IMG/VR virus record: IMGVR_UViG_3300017971_000079
Span: 1 to 50,991 of that record
Direction: 5' to 3' (one strand)
Length of the DNA stretch: 50,991 nt
Source: a virus
Taxonomy: Duplodnaviria; Caudoviricetes
A model generated the notes under the pieces. It saw only the letters and a list, made by a program, of their open reading frames with translations. It did no database searches and was not told where the DNA came from. Below are positions 34,484 to 43,865 of this stretch, piece by piece. The translations under genes and the position numbers were made by a program. The first letter of the stretch is position 1. Every line of letters begins with the position of its first letter.

Positions 34484-34792
34484 CTATCCAAGCTCCGCTC
34501 GAACGTTGAGAGTCACCGAGTAGCGACGGGGGAGCGTCATCCCGTCCAGCTCGAACTCCGCCTCGTGCTCTCCGACCTTGAGGTCGCTACCGGTAAACGT
34601 GACGTGCCCGAGCTCCGGGTCGCCGCCCGCGTCCGGCACTACCGTTTTCGTCGCCGTGGTTCCGTCCGAGTACTTGATGTGCATCTCTCGCGTCGTGTAG
34701 TCGGCAAGGTCCAAACCCTCGAATCGAATCGGAAGCGGCGGCGCGATATCGTTCTGAACCAAGTCGACGATAACTTTTCTCGGCACGGCCAT
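34484..34792 (-). CDS. BppU-like / Ig-like baseplate-associated protein
   Basis: QND..P....GEHEAEFE....TLP pattern. Confidence 0.5.
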   Translation of the reverse strand: MAVPRKVIVDLVQNDIAPPLPIRFEGLDLADYTTREMHIKYSDGTTATKTVVPDAGGDPELGHVTFTGSDLKVGEHEAEFELDGMTLPRRYSVTLNVRAELG

Positions 34793-34797
34793 CGGAG

Positions 34798-35091
34798 CTA
34801 CCCTGTCCTAAGCTCGCGAAGCACCTCGACCACCTTGTCGATTTGCTCGCGCTCGGCTACGACCTGCTCGGCGAAAAAATCGCGGTGCTCGTTCAGCGTC
34901 TCTCGAAAGTCCGAGCGCTCTTCCGCAAGTGTCGTTTTGAAATCGGCGCGAGTCTGCGCCAGAGCTTCCTTGAAATCCTTCGCGAGACGCGGAATCGTAC
35001 GGGTGAACGTGTGGTACACGAGCCAAGTCACAACCCCAAACGTTCCGAGTCCACCTACCAGATTGAGAACTATCTCAGTGTTCCCGTCCAC
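34798..35091 (-). CDS. Holin-like membrane protein
   Basis: One N-terminal TM segment plus coiled coil; AGGAG RBS. Confidence 0.5.
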   Translation of the reverse strand: MDGNTEIVLNLVGGLGTFGVVTWLVYHTFTRTIPRLAKDFKEALAQTRADFKTTLAEERSDFRETLNEHRDFFAEQVVAEREQIDKVVEVLRELRTG

Positions 35092-35371
35092 CGTCTCCTC
35101 CTTTCCGAATCACTCGCACCTTCGAGTCGCGGGGGTTCAGCCCCAGCTCGTATTTTTCCTCCGGTACTCCAAGCCGTTCTCGGATGTCCGCCACTACCTC
35201 GCCCATCTGCATCTCAAGGCTTTTGATTTGGTCCATCAGCCGCTCTTGCTTCAACGACAGGTTCTCGATTTTCAGAGCCTCGATTTCTTCGAGGTCGAAG
35301 GTACCAACTTTCGCGTCGACTTCTTGCGTGGCTTTCAGACGCGCAACGCTTTGTTCTGGGGATTCACTCAC
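35075..35371 (-). CDS. Hypothetical coiled-coil protein
   Basis: Coupled ORF. Confidence 0.55.
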   Translation of the reverse strand: MSESPEQSVARLKATQEVDAKVGTFDLEEIEALKIENLSLKQERLMDQIKSLEMQMGEVVADIRERLGVPEEKYELGLNPRDSKVRVIRKGGDGGREH

Positions 35372-35372
35372 C

Positions 35373-36182
35373 TTACACCTCCTCGTCTACTAGATGGAAT
35401 GAACAGACGGAATCTGTCGTCACAGTACTAGGGTTTGCCGGTGCTGCCGCAGATCGAGCCATGATTTCCCAGTAGTCGCCTGGCAACGACAGCCCCAACC
35501 AGCAGCCTGTAACAGTGAATGTCTGGGTCGCCGACGCCATGTAATGATACCAGGTCTGTACGACGGTCGACCCGTTCTTTCTCAGGTCGATAATCACGGT
35601 GTCAGGGCCGGGAGTTCTGCAAGTGACAACCAAAGAAAAGTTGAACTGGTACTTACCCTTCGTCGACAACGTGACTTGCTTACTAGTTTCGGTCGCGTTG
35701 TATGCGACCTTGTTCGCGTCGGGAGTCACGGCGACCGGGCCTGTATTGTCGATGGTCACCGCGCCCGAAGACAAGTCAGCCGCGTAGTAGCAGTTTTTGA
35801 GATGCTTGAGCGTATCGGTGTACACCTTCCCCCACTGCAAACCAGAGACTCCACAATCAGATTGCGTCGCAACTTTCGGAACGAGGTCATATCCGCTCGC
35901 CATCGCTACCCGCGCAGTACTCGACAGAATTTCGAACGCCGTCGCCGCATTCCCAGGATCGCGAAACGCTACGTCGTCTTTCGTCGCACCGTCGTAAAAC
36001 CTCTCGTCTATCCACTTGAGCCACTGCCCAACGAGGTTCGAGCGCCAGTTTTCGTAACTGCTCGGGGGGGTAACGTCGACCGCCCATCCGACATCCTTAT
36101 ACCCTTCTGCGGGCTCGGTGTTGTTCGTGAGGTCATCGTTCCATCGCGGAACCTTGGCCGGTTTCGTGTACGTCGCTGCCAT
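35373..36182 (-). CDS. Short tail fibre / baseplate-attached protein
   Basis: N-terminal P....GW....PP....NW motif of myovirus fibre anchors; C1q-like C-terminus. Confidence 0.6.
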   Translation of the reverse strand: MAATYTKPAKVPRWNDDLTNNTEPAEGYKDVGWAVDVTPPSSYENWRSNLVGQWLKWIDERFYDGATKDDVAFRDPGNAATAFEILSSTARVAMASGYDLVPKVATQSDCGVSGLQWGKVYTDTLKHLKNCYYAADLSSGAVTIDNTGPVAVTPDANKVAYNATETSKQVTLSTKGKYQFNFSLVVTCRTPGPDTVIIDLRKNGSTVVQTWYHYMASATQTFTVTGCWLGLSLPGDYWEIMARSAAAPANPSTVTTDSVCSFHLVDEEV

Positions 36183-36743
36183 CTAAATCGCTCCTGACCA
36201 TTTACCTTGGTCGTATCCGGGGCCGGAGTCGTACTGAAAGAGTTCGTCCTCTGGCGACAGTCCATATTGAAAGTGCGCTTTCACTCCCGCGGCCTTCCCC
36301 TCTTGCAACAGGTTTGCGAGGCGCTGCGCTTCGTCTTCGCTCGGAAGCTCGCTTCGAGACCGCGCAACCATCGCCGCAGGGAAGTACTCCGTCAGCTCCA
36401 CACCACCGTTGCAGTTCGAGCAGTTGAGCAAGCAAATCAAAGCCTCGGGTTGACCGCTCGAAAGGTTCAACAGAATCCGGCTCTCGATACCCACGCGATA
36501 ATCGGTGTCGCTTCGACCGTTGCGCGGCTCGCCTACGATGCCTCCAAGCCCATCGAGCTGCACGCCCTCCGCCGCGTCCGCCGGAAGCCTGTCCCCCAAG
36601 AGCTGGAAGTATGCGTCTTCCAAATCCTGAATCTGATTGATGTACGAAGTTATCAGCGCTTCGAATTTCGGTTTGCCCTTGAACTGCTCCAACAAATATT
36701 CAAGAGCTTCGGAAACATGGTCTATCGTTTTTGTCAACGTCAT
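36183..36743 (-). CDS. Baseplate wedge protein (DUF2612-like)
   Basis: AEGVQLDGLGGIVGEPR..D..YR; follows baseplate J. Confidence 0.75.
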   Translation of the reverse strand: MTLTKTIDHVSEALEYLLEQFKGKPKFEALITSYINQIQDLEDAYFQLLGDRLPADAAEGVQLDGLGGIVGEPRNGRSDTDYRVGIESRILLNLSSGQPEALICLLNCSNCNGGVELTEYFPAAMVARSRSELPSEDEAQRLANLLQEGKAAGVKAHFQYGLSPEDELFQYDSGPGYDQGKWSGAI

Positions 36744-38221
36744 GGCGTCACCGTCACGTCGATGTCGGCCGTATCAAACGTCGCTATCTCGTCACTGTCG
36801 ATAGTGATATTCGTCGTTCCTACCGGCGGGTCCACGTCGTCAATCTTGAACACCGTCACATCGATTACCCCCGCTATCTCTAGCGGGATGCATTTGAACG
36901 CCAATGCAATAACGTCCTCGGCAACTTCGAGTAACGCTCCATACGCCACAATCGCCGCTTTGATTTGCGCCGCACCGTCCGCCGGGAACTCCGCCGGGTC
37001 GGTCAATACCGTCAAGTCGATGTAAATCGGAACAGGGGTCGGACGCGAGAACTTGATAGTATGCGTGTACCCTTGGCTATCGGTAACCGTCTTCGAGATG
37101 GCCCCGTAGGTTTCGATGCCCGCGGGCTTCACGTCCCAAATCTTGTCGGCGATGTCCTGCTCGGCACCTCCAAGAACAATGACGTGAAACGACTTCGGAG
37201 GCAGCCCGGTCGCGGGGTCGGTGATAATGTCGACGTTCTCGAACGCCGACACGTGCGTCACGTCGGTCACCTCCCGTACTCCCGAAATAATCGCCTCCAA
37301 CGTCGCCGCGCCGGTGATTCGTAGGAGCTGCTCGCGCCGAAGTCGAAACGCCTCGTCGGTCTCGATGTTCGTCCCGGGTGTCGCGTCGCTTGCGTTGAAT
37401 CCCTTCACCTCGCTTGTCGAAAATCCTATCGCTCCGTTGGCCGTGCCTCCGGTTACCTGTACCGCCGACCCCGTGCCTTCGGTGTCGCTCTTGATTCGCA
37501 CCGACCCGTTCTGGTCGGAAGCCGAAAGCCCGGTGATGTCTGCGGCGATAACCGCCGCGACTTCGGCCGCAGTTGCGTTATTGATGTCGACAAAATCTCC
37601 AGTGTTGAACGTCGCGGTCTGCGCCGAACCCTGGTCGACCTTGATGGTCAACGTCCAGCCGTCCGTGAGATTGTAGGTCTCCGCGTTCCCGCTCGTGAGC
37701 TGCGCCGCCGCGCTCCATCCTGACACCGGGGTCTGAATCGTGCCGATAGTTTTTGCAAGACCGACTATCGGCCCGTCGTCTTCGGACTCCGCCGCAACCG
37801 AAAATGTCGAGTTGTAGCCAAGCGAGTTCGTCACGGCCGCGGTAGTCACGAACCGCGCGCCCTCGCTGCCAACCGATACAACCGACCCGGCCGGAACGGT
37901 CACACCGCTGTCGAGAAAGAGCTGGTCGAGAGTCACTTCCGAGGGCGTCGCCGCAAGCCGAATCGCTCCGGTTATCGAGCCGACATTGTCCAGCGCGTCG
38001 TCGCTTGCCGAGTCAGGGTACATCGCACGGTAGACCGCTTCGGCAATGTCCCATTGCTCGCGCAACTTGTCCGAGAAGATGCCGTTGAACTGGCCGATGA
38101 CCGACTCGGCAAGCTGATTCAAAGTCGGAGAAATCGTGTCGAGCTGGTCTTGCTTGATTTCGTTCTCGATAACGGTCTGCGTTTTCTTGACAAACCCTGT
38201 GCTGTCTACGCCGTAGCTCAT
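36740..38221 (-). CDS. Baseplate J-like protein with inserted domain
   Basis: YPDSA..LD, ETDEAFRLR, VKPAGIETYG. Confidence 0.85.
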   Translation of the reverse strand: MSYGVDSTGFVKKTQTVIENEIKQDQLDTISPTLNQLAESVIGQFNGIFSDKLREQWDIAEAVYRAMYPDSASDDALDNVGSITGAIRLAATPSEVTLDQLFLDSGVTVPAGSVVSVGSEGARFVTTAAVTNSLGYNSTFSVAAESEDDGPIVGLAKTIGTIQTPVSGWSAAAQLTSGNAETYNLTDGWTLTIKVDQGSAQTATFNTGDFVDINNATAAEVAAVIAADITGLSASDQNGSVRIKSDTEGTGSAVQVTGGTANGAIGFSTSEVKGFNASDATPGTNIETDEAFRLRREQLLRITGAATLEAIISGVREVTDVTHVSAFENVDIITDPATGLPPKSFHVIVLGGAEQDIADKIWDVKPAGIETYGAISKTVTDSQGYTHTIKFSRPTPVPIYIDLTVLTDPAEFPADGAAQIKAAIVAYGALLEVAEDVIALAFKCIPLEIAGVIDVTVFKIDDVDPPVGTTNITIDSDEIATFDTADIDVTVTP

Positions 38222-38574
38222 ATGACGAACTCCTCTGAGTAGTCTATCGGGCCGTCTGTTGTCTGTCCACGAAAGTCTACCGACAACTCTCTAGTAGCGC
38301 CATCGAAATCAATGTTCAGGTCGGTGATGCTGAGCATCCCCGGGACTTTGAGAATCGCTTCGCGGTAGAGCTGCTCGAGCTCGCTCAGTCGCGGCTTCTG
38401 CCCGAGCACTCGCTCGAAGTAGGGGAACCCTACACGAGTGTCGAGAAACCACTCGCCTTGAAACGTCTTGAGAGAAATGGTCACGCTTTGCGCCACGGCG
38501 TCCACTCCGTCGATAAGAACGAGGTCATCGTTCTCAATCGCTATGTCGCCGTTACTGTCGAGCTTCAAATCCAT
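38218..38574 (-). CDS. Baseplate wedge / sheath initiator (gp25-like)
   Basis: QGEWFLDTRVGFPY motif. Confidence 0.75.
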   Translation of the reverse strand: MDLKLDSNGDIAIENDDLVLIDGVDAVAQSVTISLKTFQGEWFLDTRVGFPYFERVLGQKPRLSELEQLYREAILKVPGMLSITDLNIDFDGATRELSVDFRGQTTDGPIDYSEEFVI

Positions 38575-38575
38575 C

Positions 38576-39253
38576 TCAGTCCGCTTTCAGATTGGTAGAA
38601 GCTATCATCGGCGCGGTCCACGGCACAGTCGGAGGGCTTGGCGTCCCCGTTCCCGCAGTGAGATGCGTGTGCGCGTTGAACGCCGTAACCAACAAATCGA
38701 CCACTGCCACAAACGTTCTTGCGGAAACCGCGCCTCCTGTCGTCACTTCTACCGCAGTGTTTCCCATCCTCACCTGCGCGCCCTTCTCCTTGCCCATCGC
38801 CGCGCCGCTGCCTAGCACCTCCTTCAACGCACCCGTCACCGTCGCAAGTCCCGGTATTGCAACCGCGTCGCTCAGATCGTGCTTTCTCAAGTCCTTCGGG
38901 TCGACCGCTACTTTTCCCGAACTGAAATTCCATTCGTCAATCGAGCGCTGACAGACGAGCAACAGAACCGGGTCTCCCGCCGCAAGCGGTAGATGGATAA
39001 AAAACTTTCCCGCCCGAGGCCAAACCACAGGCACCTCGGGAATAACCGGCAACACGTCGAGTCCTTCGCTCCCATCGCTGTTGACGTAAGGTATCTTGAC
39101 GGCCGGCTTCACGTCAGCGCGCTGCGTGCCCGAGTTGTATTTGACCACGGTACCCGGTAGAGCGACGTGGGTCTGAGCGAGACCTTGCGAGACTGCCGCT
39201 TTGATGAGTTCGGCAAGCGACGGACTCCGTGTCTGTCCTAAACGCTCGCTCAT
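38576..39253 (-). CDS. Baseplate spike (Gp138/gpV-like)
   Basis: HDLSDAVAIPG; C-terminal HTH (His-x-His) metal-binding tip. Confidence 0.8.
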   Translation of the reverse strand: MSERLGQTRSPSLAELIKAAVSQGLAQTHVALPGTVVKYNSGTQRADVKPAVKIPYVNSDGSEGLDVLPVIPEVPVVWPRAGKFFIHLPLAAGDPVLLLVCQRSIDEWNFSSGKVAVDPKDLRKHDLSDAVAIPGLATVTGALKEVLGSGAAMGKEKGAQVRMGNTAVEVTTGGAVSARTFVAVVDLLVTAFNAHTHLTAGTGTPSPPTVPWTAPMIASTNLKAD

Positions 39254-40113
39254 ACGGTTGCCGCCTTCCCTTCAAACTCGGTGTACCAGTCGCTTCCCCA
39301 AGTGTCCCCGACGTACTGAACGCGGCTTGTTTTGAAGATGCCACTTTTGTCCACCGACTTCGAAAAAATGTTTACTCTCCGCCCTGGCCGAATCGCGCCC
39401 GTCAACAACGCCCTCGCTGTAATGGTTCCGTCTTCTGCTTTTTCAGGTGCGCCAATAAGGCCAGTCGAGTCCGTCAAGTTCACCATCTCTTCTACCAGAG
39501 TTTCATCAGGGCTGAGCACTTGTAACTGCCCGTCTTGAATAGACCAGGTGTAGCCTGCGGCAGCAACGTACGAATCCAACATGTCGCTGACCCGGCCGTT
39601 CAGAACCAACCCCGTCTTGAACGCAGTCAATCCGCGACGGGGCGCGGCAAACTTGACCGCGCTGTTTCCCAGACCGAGCCCGGACTCCTGCGCGAGCTTC
39701 AGCAACACCGCTTGCAGCGTTGCGCCTGGACCGAACGCCAAGTTCACACGCTTCGAACCGAATTCAAAAGCTCCGTCTTGAACCTCAATGGTCGTCACCC
39801 AATCGCCACCGTCGCGATTGCTGTCCGCGTATTGGAGCTTGCCGAAAAACAGTCTGTCTTTTCGCGCAACGTATCCCGCGTCTACGGAAACAGGCATACC
39901 CTTTATCTGTACCGCGTTTCTCTTCTTCTGAGACAAGTTGTAGATTTCGAGGGTCCCCTTGTTCGGGGCGCTGTCCTCGGTCTTCTCAATCGAAAACACA
40001 ACCCGCAAAGAGGACGTGGCGCCCGCTGCCGCTGCTGATGGAGATACTCGGATAGGAATCACTACACCTCCTATCCGTATATCGCAGTCCCTATCGTAGA
40101 GCGGCCATCTCAT
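39250..40113 (-). CDS. Baseplate hub protein
   Basis: IYNLS, DAGY, WSIQDG, TGLIGAP, GDTWGSDWY. Confidence 0.75.
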   Translation of the reverse strand: MRWPLYDRDCDIRIGGVVIPIRVSPSAAAAGATSSLRVVFSIEKTEDSAPNKGTLEIYNLSQKKRNAVQIKGMPVSVDAGYVARKDRLFFGKLQYADSNRDGGDWVTTIEVQDGAFEFGSKRVNLAFGPGATLQAVLLKLAQESGLGLGNSAVKFAAPRRGLTAFKTGLVLNGRVSDMLDSYVAAAGYTWSIQDGQLQVLSPDETLVEEMVNLTDSTGLIGAPEKAEDGTITARALLTGAIRPGRRVNIFSKSVDKSGIFKTSRVQYVGDTWGSDWYTEFEGKAATV

Positions 40114-40457
40114 TGGAAATTCCCTTCGGCATCTTCAGACGGAATATATACCATCCCGACTCTCTCGCCCAAATCCTCAAGCCCCGGATCGGCGGGCACT
40201 TCCCCTGCGTCCACAAAAACAATTTCTCCCGGAGGTCTGTTGCCGGTTCGGTCCAAGCGTATCAACGGCCAGTTGGCCACTACCTTCAACCCGGTACGGA
40301 TTGGGTTCCCGTCCAAGTCGAACAACGACATATACCAAAACCCCTCTCGCGAATTCCAACGAAAAGAACATTGGTAGTCGGTACCGTCTAGCTCTACCAA
40401 AAAGTAGAACGCCACCTTGTCCGCCGCATCCGAAATCGGTATTTCTTCCAAAGCCAC
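40110..40457 (-). CDS. Baseplate-associated protein
   Basis: RWNSREGFWYMSL motif; position in the module. Confidence 0.6.
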   Translation of the reverse strand: MALEEIPISDAADKVAFYFLVELDGTDYQCSFRWNSREGFWYMSLFDLDGNPIRTGLKVVANWPLIRLDRTGNRPPGEIVFVDAGEVPADPGLEDLGERVGMVYIPSEDAEGNFQ

Positions 40458-40463
40458 CTGTTT

Positions 40464-41102
40464 TTAGCCTCCGGTTAGAGCATTCCATCTATCTATGATA
40501 ACGCTCGTTTTTCTTTTTTTCTTATTCGAAGGCTCCTTCTTTTGTTTTTTTCCTTCATTGGTTTCTTCCGACGCATGCTTCTCGGGTTCCTTCGGAATCG
40601 GCACGTCTTGACTCAAAGCGAACGCGAGCAGTACCTCTCTAAACGTAACCACGATGTCGAGTATGTTTCCCGAAATCGCTTCTCGACGAGCAACAAGCGA
40701 CTCGATAGCCATGTTCGAATAAGTCCGTAGCGATGTCTCGACACGAGTCAGCGCACCCGCTTCCATTATCTCTCGAAGCTTTTCGTATGCCGCCGTTACG
40801 CGGTCGCTGGACGGCGTAGCCGCTCCGATGACCGGAGAGTTTTTCGGAGACAGCGCTTGCAAACTTGCCGCAAAAATAATCGGAGTGTTCGTCACGACTC
40901 CGCTGATTTCCAACGTTCGAGGCAACCGCCGGATGTGGTCCGAAACGTCGATGCCGGTCTCGACCGGGTGGCTCACTATCTCGGCCTGGTCATTGTGACC
41001 TTCGGATACGCTCGCGTCGAACTGCACTCCGCCCGGTACGGCTGGAAGCTGCGTAGTAATCTTGACCAGCTTCTTTCGAAACATGAGTTCGGTCAAGCCC
41101 AT
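40464..41102 (-). CDS. Dit-like / tail tube initiator
   Basis: HPVETGIDVSDH, YSNMAI; follows the tape measure gene. Confidence 0.7.
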   Translation of the reverse strand: MGLTELMFRKKLVKITTQLPAVPGGVQFDASVSEGHNDQAEIVSHPVETGIDVSDHIRRLPRTLEISGVVTNTPIIFAASLQALSPKNSPVIGAATPSSDRVTAAYEKLREIMEAGALTRVETSLRTYSNMAIESLVARREAISGNILDIVVTFREVLLAFALSQDVPIPKEPEKHASEETNEGKKQKKEPSNKKKRKTSVIIDRWNALTGG

Positions 41103-41106
41103 CGCC

Positions 41107-42783
41107 CTACACTCCTGGTACCGGCGTTGCCGCTTGTGGGACGAACGCTCCCATTGCGTCTCGGTTCGCGCGGTCCATCTGTTTTTTAACTTGCCGTCCG
41201 ACTTCGACCGCAAGTTGGCCCTCGTTCATTCCCGGAGAAGCGTTCACGTTCACGTCTATCTTGGTGTTCTGCGAAAGCGCTTGACTTCCCCCTCGTCCAG
41301 CCGGAGGCGAAGCTACTCGCGGAGGCGCAGCCGCTTCGGGACCTCCTCCTCCGAAGAACCCTGCTACCTTTCCGCCTAAATCTCCGAGCCATCCTGTGAC
41401 GTCTTTCACTCCCCCTATGATGTCGTCCCAAAGACCTTTGAACGCATTCGCTATCGGCGCGATGATGCTCTCCTCAAACCAAGTTACTATCCCCTCCCAC
41501 TGCGACTTGAGCCATTCCAACTCTTCCAGAATCGGCTCGCGGAACTTCTCCCACCATTCCCCCCAGATGCTCTTCATCATTTCGATGAACTGTAACCAAG
41601 CGGCCTCGGGATCGGACCAGACGTTAATCAAAAAATCGGCAACCGCCGTCACGGTCTCGACTATCGCGGCAAGCGTGTCGCTGAACGATATCCATATTTT
41701 CTCAACCCACGCCACAATGTCGATGTCTAACCACTCGTTGAGCTTTTCGATTATTCTCCCTATCGCCGAGTCCCCGCCCTCGCGCCAGACAATGAAGTCA
41801 TCAATGAGCAGTCCGATTATTGAAGCGAGCAGCAAGAACTTTCCGATAGGTCCCGCGCTTAACAGAACCCCTATCGCCACAATAGCTCCCTGGAGTCCGA
41901 GCATCCCTTTTTCTGTTTTCGACAATGACTCCCAAAAATCGACGACTCTTTTCACTACACCAGCTACAGCTTTGCCGAAGCTAGATACTATCGAACCTAC
42001 ACTTTTGAAAACCTCGCCTATGTCTTGTTTAATCCAATCTCCGTTTGCCTCCCACCACCTAGTGACACTCTCGGCGGCTTCGTTCATGAACGGAAGGAGC
42101 TCTTTCGCAATCGCCATTTTCGCCGAGCGTATCACCACATCCATCCGACGTTGGTTGTCAATCCAATCCGCACTCGCCTGAATAAGGTCTTCGTCCATTA
42201 CCGCATGGAGTTTGGACATCTCCTCGACCATCTCGCGGACTTTGTCTCCTCCCTCTTTAAACATCGGGATCAAGCGAGCACCCCCTCGACCCAGAAGCTT
42301 GGTAGCTGCTGCCGTCCTCTCCGTGTCACTACCCAAGTTCTTCATCCCGTCAGCGATTTCGTACATGAGCTGCGTTGTATCTTTAAAATCCCCGCTCGCG
42401 TCTTTGATGTCGACACCTAGACGGTCAAACTCTCGAGTGTACGTCTTCAACCCGAAACCCGCGTCTGCTTGTGCAGCCTGTAATCTTCGCAAGCCAGCTT
42501 CTACATCCCCAAGAGAAGCGCCAGAGAGTTCCGCCGCATGCTCCCATCCTTGTAGTTCCTTGGTTGCGATGCCTGTGCGCTTCGAGAGCTTGTCGAAGCG
42601 ATCCCCAACTTCCGCTATCTCTTGGGCAACTTGTTTTGCCCACTTCACCGCAGCTATGGCAGCTACCGCTACAGCCACGGCTTGGGCAGCAAGCTTGATT
42701 TTATCTAACCCGCCTTCAGCTTTATTCATGCTGGCGGTGTCGGACTTGACTCCGAGCAGGGCTACTAGTTCACGAACGACCAC
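41107..42783 (-). CDS. Tape measure protein
   Basis: 558 aa, helical with periodic Trp; follows the chaperones. Confidence 0.85.
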   Translation of the reverse strand: MVVRELVALLGVKSDTASMNKAEGGLDKIKLAAQAVAVAVAAIAAVKWAKQVAQEIAEVGDRFDKLSKRTGIATKELQGWEHAAELSGASLGDVEAGLRRLQAAQADAGFGLKTYTREFDRLGVDIKDASGDFKDTTQLMYEIADGMKNLGSDTERTAAATKLLGRGGARLIPMFKEGGDKVREMVEEMSKLHAVMDEDLIQASADWIDNQRRMDVVIRSAKMAIAKELLPFMNEAAESVTRWWEANGDWIKQDIGEVFKSVGSIVSSFGKAVAGVVKRVVDFWESLSKTEKGMLGLQGAIVAIGVLLSAGPIGKFLLLASIIGLLIDDFIVWREGGDSAIGRIIEKLNEWLDIDIVAWVEKIWISFSDTLAAIVETVTAVADFLINVWSDPEAAWLQFIEMMKSIWGEWWEKFREPILEELEWLKSQWEGIVTWFEESIIAPIANAFKGLWDDIIGGVKDVTGWLGDLGGKVAGFFGGGGPEAAAPPRVASPPAGRGGSQALSQNTKIDVNVNASPGMNEGQLAVEVGRQVKKQMDRANRDAMGAFVPQAATPVPGV

Positions 42784-43015
42784 TTGACTCCATCGCCTTT
42801 CGTTCCGCTTCGTCTTTCAGGTCGAGCGCTTCGTTCGCGTCGAAGACATCTATCAAATCATAGTAGGTCTCTACCTCATGCAACGTCGCGACCCGCTCGA
42901 CTACAAGCCGCCAAACTATCCAGTCTAGGTGCTCGGGGACGGGGACTCCAGCCCTGCCATCGCTCCGGCGCCTCGCTCTATTGCTCCTCTGAACAAGGCG
43001 CCTACCGATTTTCCC
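42770..43015 (-). CDS. Tail assembly chaperone extension (probable -1 frameshift product)
   Basis: -1 frame open from the slippery G-GGA-AAA (43015-43009) to 42770. Confidence 0.6.
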   Translation of the reverse strand, partial: GKIGRRLVQRSNRARRRSDGRAGVPVPEHLDWIVWRLVVERVATLHEVETYYDLIDVFDANEALDLKDEAERKAMESSGRS

Positions 43016-43410
43016 CACTGCACCTTCATGCCCCACGCAAGCCACTGGTACATCTCTTCGAGCTTGCCGAGAAAGTGCGCGTCAAATTGACCCCGGTCGA
43101 GCTTGCCTCGTCCCTCGACAACGGTCACTTCCTTGAACGCGGAGATAACCTCGTCGATGACTTTCTCATCGAGCTCTCCGAACAACGCGCCCGCGGCTTT
43201 GGTGAAAAACTCGCTCGGTACTTCCTGCTCCATCGCCTTCCCGCCTTGCGATTTCGCCGCGCTGAAGAACGTGTCGAAGACCGGACCGAGCGACGGCCCG
43301 ACCATCTTTATCACGCGCAAGAAAAGCCGGTGGCTCTGCATCGGAGGGAGCATGTGCATCGTGTACTCGAACTCGCCTATCTTGGTTTGGTGTGGCTCTG
43401 CCTGTGACAC
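42925..43410 (-). CDS. Tail assembly chaperone
   Basis: Between tube and tape measure genes. Confidence 0.75.
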   Translation of the reverse strand: MSQAEPHQTKIGEFEYTMHMLPPMQSHRLFLRVIKMVGPSLGPVFDTFFSAAKSQGGKAMEQEVPSEFFTKAAGALFGELDEKVIDEVISAFKEVTVVEGRGKLDRGQFDAHFLGKLEEMYQWLAWGMKVQWGKSVGALFRGAIERGAGAMAGLESPSPST

Positions 43411-43853
43411 TAGTTACCTCCGATAAACGGGATTGCGTGATTCGTCTCGATGACCCACTCACGATTGGCGTCCGGCGCGCGGTTGTACCCGGTCGACGGA
43501 GGCTTGACTATCCACGACTTCTCCGCCGCGTGAATCGTCCTGCCGTTGTTGTCCTTGATGAGCAATGGGTTGATACCGTCGCCGTTTGGTGTCGCAATGT
43601 CTAGCGCCAAGATTGCCGAGAGCAGATCGTTCGTTGCACTGGTCTGCATGAGCATCGCCGTCATTCGCGCCGAGTTGTTATTGCTCTTGCCTCGCGCCGC
43701 TTCGCCGTCGACGCCCATGATGAGGTTGAAGAAGTCCTCGTTGTACTCGAAGTTCACGAACGTCCCGTCGGCAAAGCCTCCGAAGATTACCGGCCCGAAG
43801 ACAACGATAACCTCCTCAGGAGAGTATGTGTACAGTCTGTTGTTTACCGTCAT
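43410..43853 (-). CDS. Tail tube protein (DUF3277-like)
   Basis: GFADG, GVDGE, LMQTS..N, REW. Confidence 0.8.
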   Translation of the reverse strand: MTVNNRLYTYSPEEVIVVFGPVIFGGFADGTFVNFEYNEDFFNLIMGVDGEAARGKSNNNSARMTAMLMQTSATNDLLSAILALDIATPNGDGINPLLIKDNNGRTIHAAEKSWIVKPPSTGYNRAPDANREWVIETNHAIPFIGGN

Positions 43854-43865
43854 CGTCTTTCCTCC

